In this document: positions 63,400 to 64,000 of the stretch, piece by piece
Layout of the letters: every line of letters begins with the position of its first letter
Numbering within the stretch: the stretch's first letter is position 1
NCBI GenBank assembly: GCA_951406725.2
Contig: OX597825.1
Location: 88,598,001-88,662,000 of the forward strand
DNA from: Octopus vulgaris
Lineage: Eukaryota
Length of the DNA stretch: 64,000 nucleotides
Reading direction: 5' to 3'
Program-made: the position numbers and the translations under genes
Notes under the pieces: model-generated
What the model was told of the DNA's origin: nothing
The model's input: only the letters and a program-made list of their open reading frames with translations
The model's database searches: none

Positions 63400-64000
63400 C
63401 ACGCTGTCCTCCGCAAACGCGATTTCACGCTATGTAATTCGTAAGATTTGTTTATTCCGTTTTCTGTAGCAAATCGTCGCATGACAAATTAGATATTTTT
63501 TGTGACTCGTCAACCAATTCTTGAAACGGAGAATAGATGACGTTTATGATTCAGAAATATAAGACAGCATACAAGTGAAACTATTCGCTTTTATTGACAA
63601 TTTTCTTCTCGTCGATATTTGGAATCTCTTGTATTCTGAGTGTTTCATTTTAGAAAATTATACGTACTATTTAATTTAGAATGTGAAAGAATTACAAATA
63701 GGAAACTGTATGTAGCTGTATGTCCGCTTCAAGATATTTTCCTCTCGTTTTTCATTATTTATTTGTTTCTTGTGCACCGTTAATCTCCTGTGAAACGATA
63801 AACCCGTTTGTCCGATGGATTTATACTTGCATCCACAGCATGTTTTGGTGTAAATCAAATTTTAGGTGCTGCAAGTAAAATTTTTCTTTTATTTTTAAGA
63901 TTTGTCCTTAAATGTGAATACCGAACCTTCATTTAAGTACAGGCATCTATCATAATTTGGTCTAAAACATTTAGTAATTTTGGGGTTGGGTCCTTGTTTG
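63400..64000 (-). mobile_element. Decayed PLE 3' end (GIY-YIG remnant), runs off the window
   Basis: NFTCST*NLIYTKTCCGCKYKSIGQTGLSFHRRLTVHKKQI parallels NFTCASKNLLYVIRCEGCHEDYIGQTSLTLRDRMTVHRQQL of the intact ORF2. Confidence 0.85.

Overview
AT-rich, microsatellite-dense eukaryotic DNA, most likely intergenic or intronic cephalopod (Octopus-like) sequence; the organism is inferred from the SINE families and the (TA)/(CA) repeat load. I found no convincing host protein-coding gene. The window is mostly decayed transposons: RTE, CR1-like and R4/Dong-like LINEs, a gypsy RT scrap, mariner and DD37D (maT) DNA transposons, a Helentron-type element, tRNA-derived SINEs and many Penelope-like element (PLE) remnants inserted in (TA)n. 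One PLE (about 50697-57254) looks intact and young: 713-bp near-identical pseudo-LTRs, an RT + GIY-YIG ORF2, and an unusual upstream ORF1 joined to ORF2 through an HIV-like U_UUU_UUA slippery site (candidate -1 frameshift). The most striking non-coding signal is a hammerhead ribozyme whose three strands occur in a non-circularly permuted, pseudoknotted order. Compensatory base changes between two diverged copies (14343-14405 and 19128-19189) support it. Several minimal type I hammerheads with swapped core pairs (U3-A8, G3-C8) are also present. All alignments and structures were done by eye.
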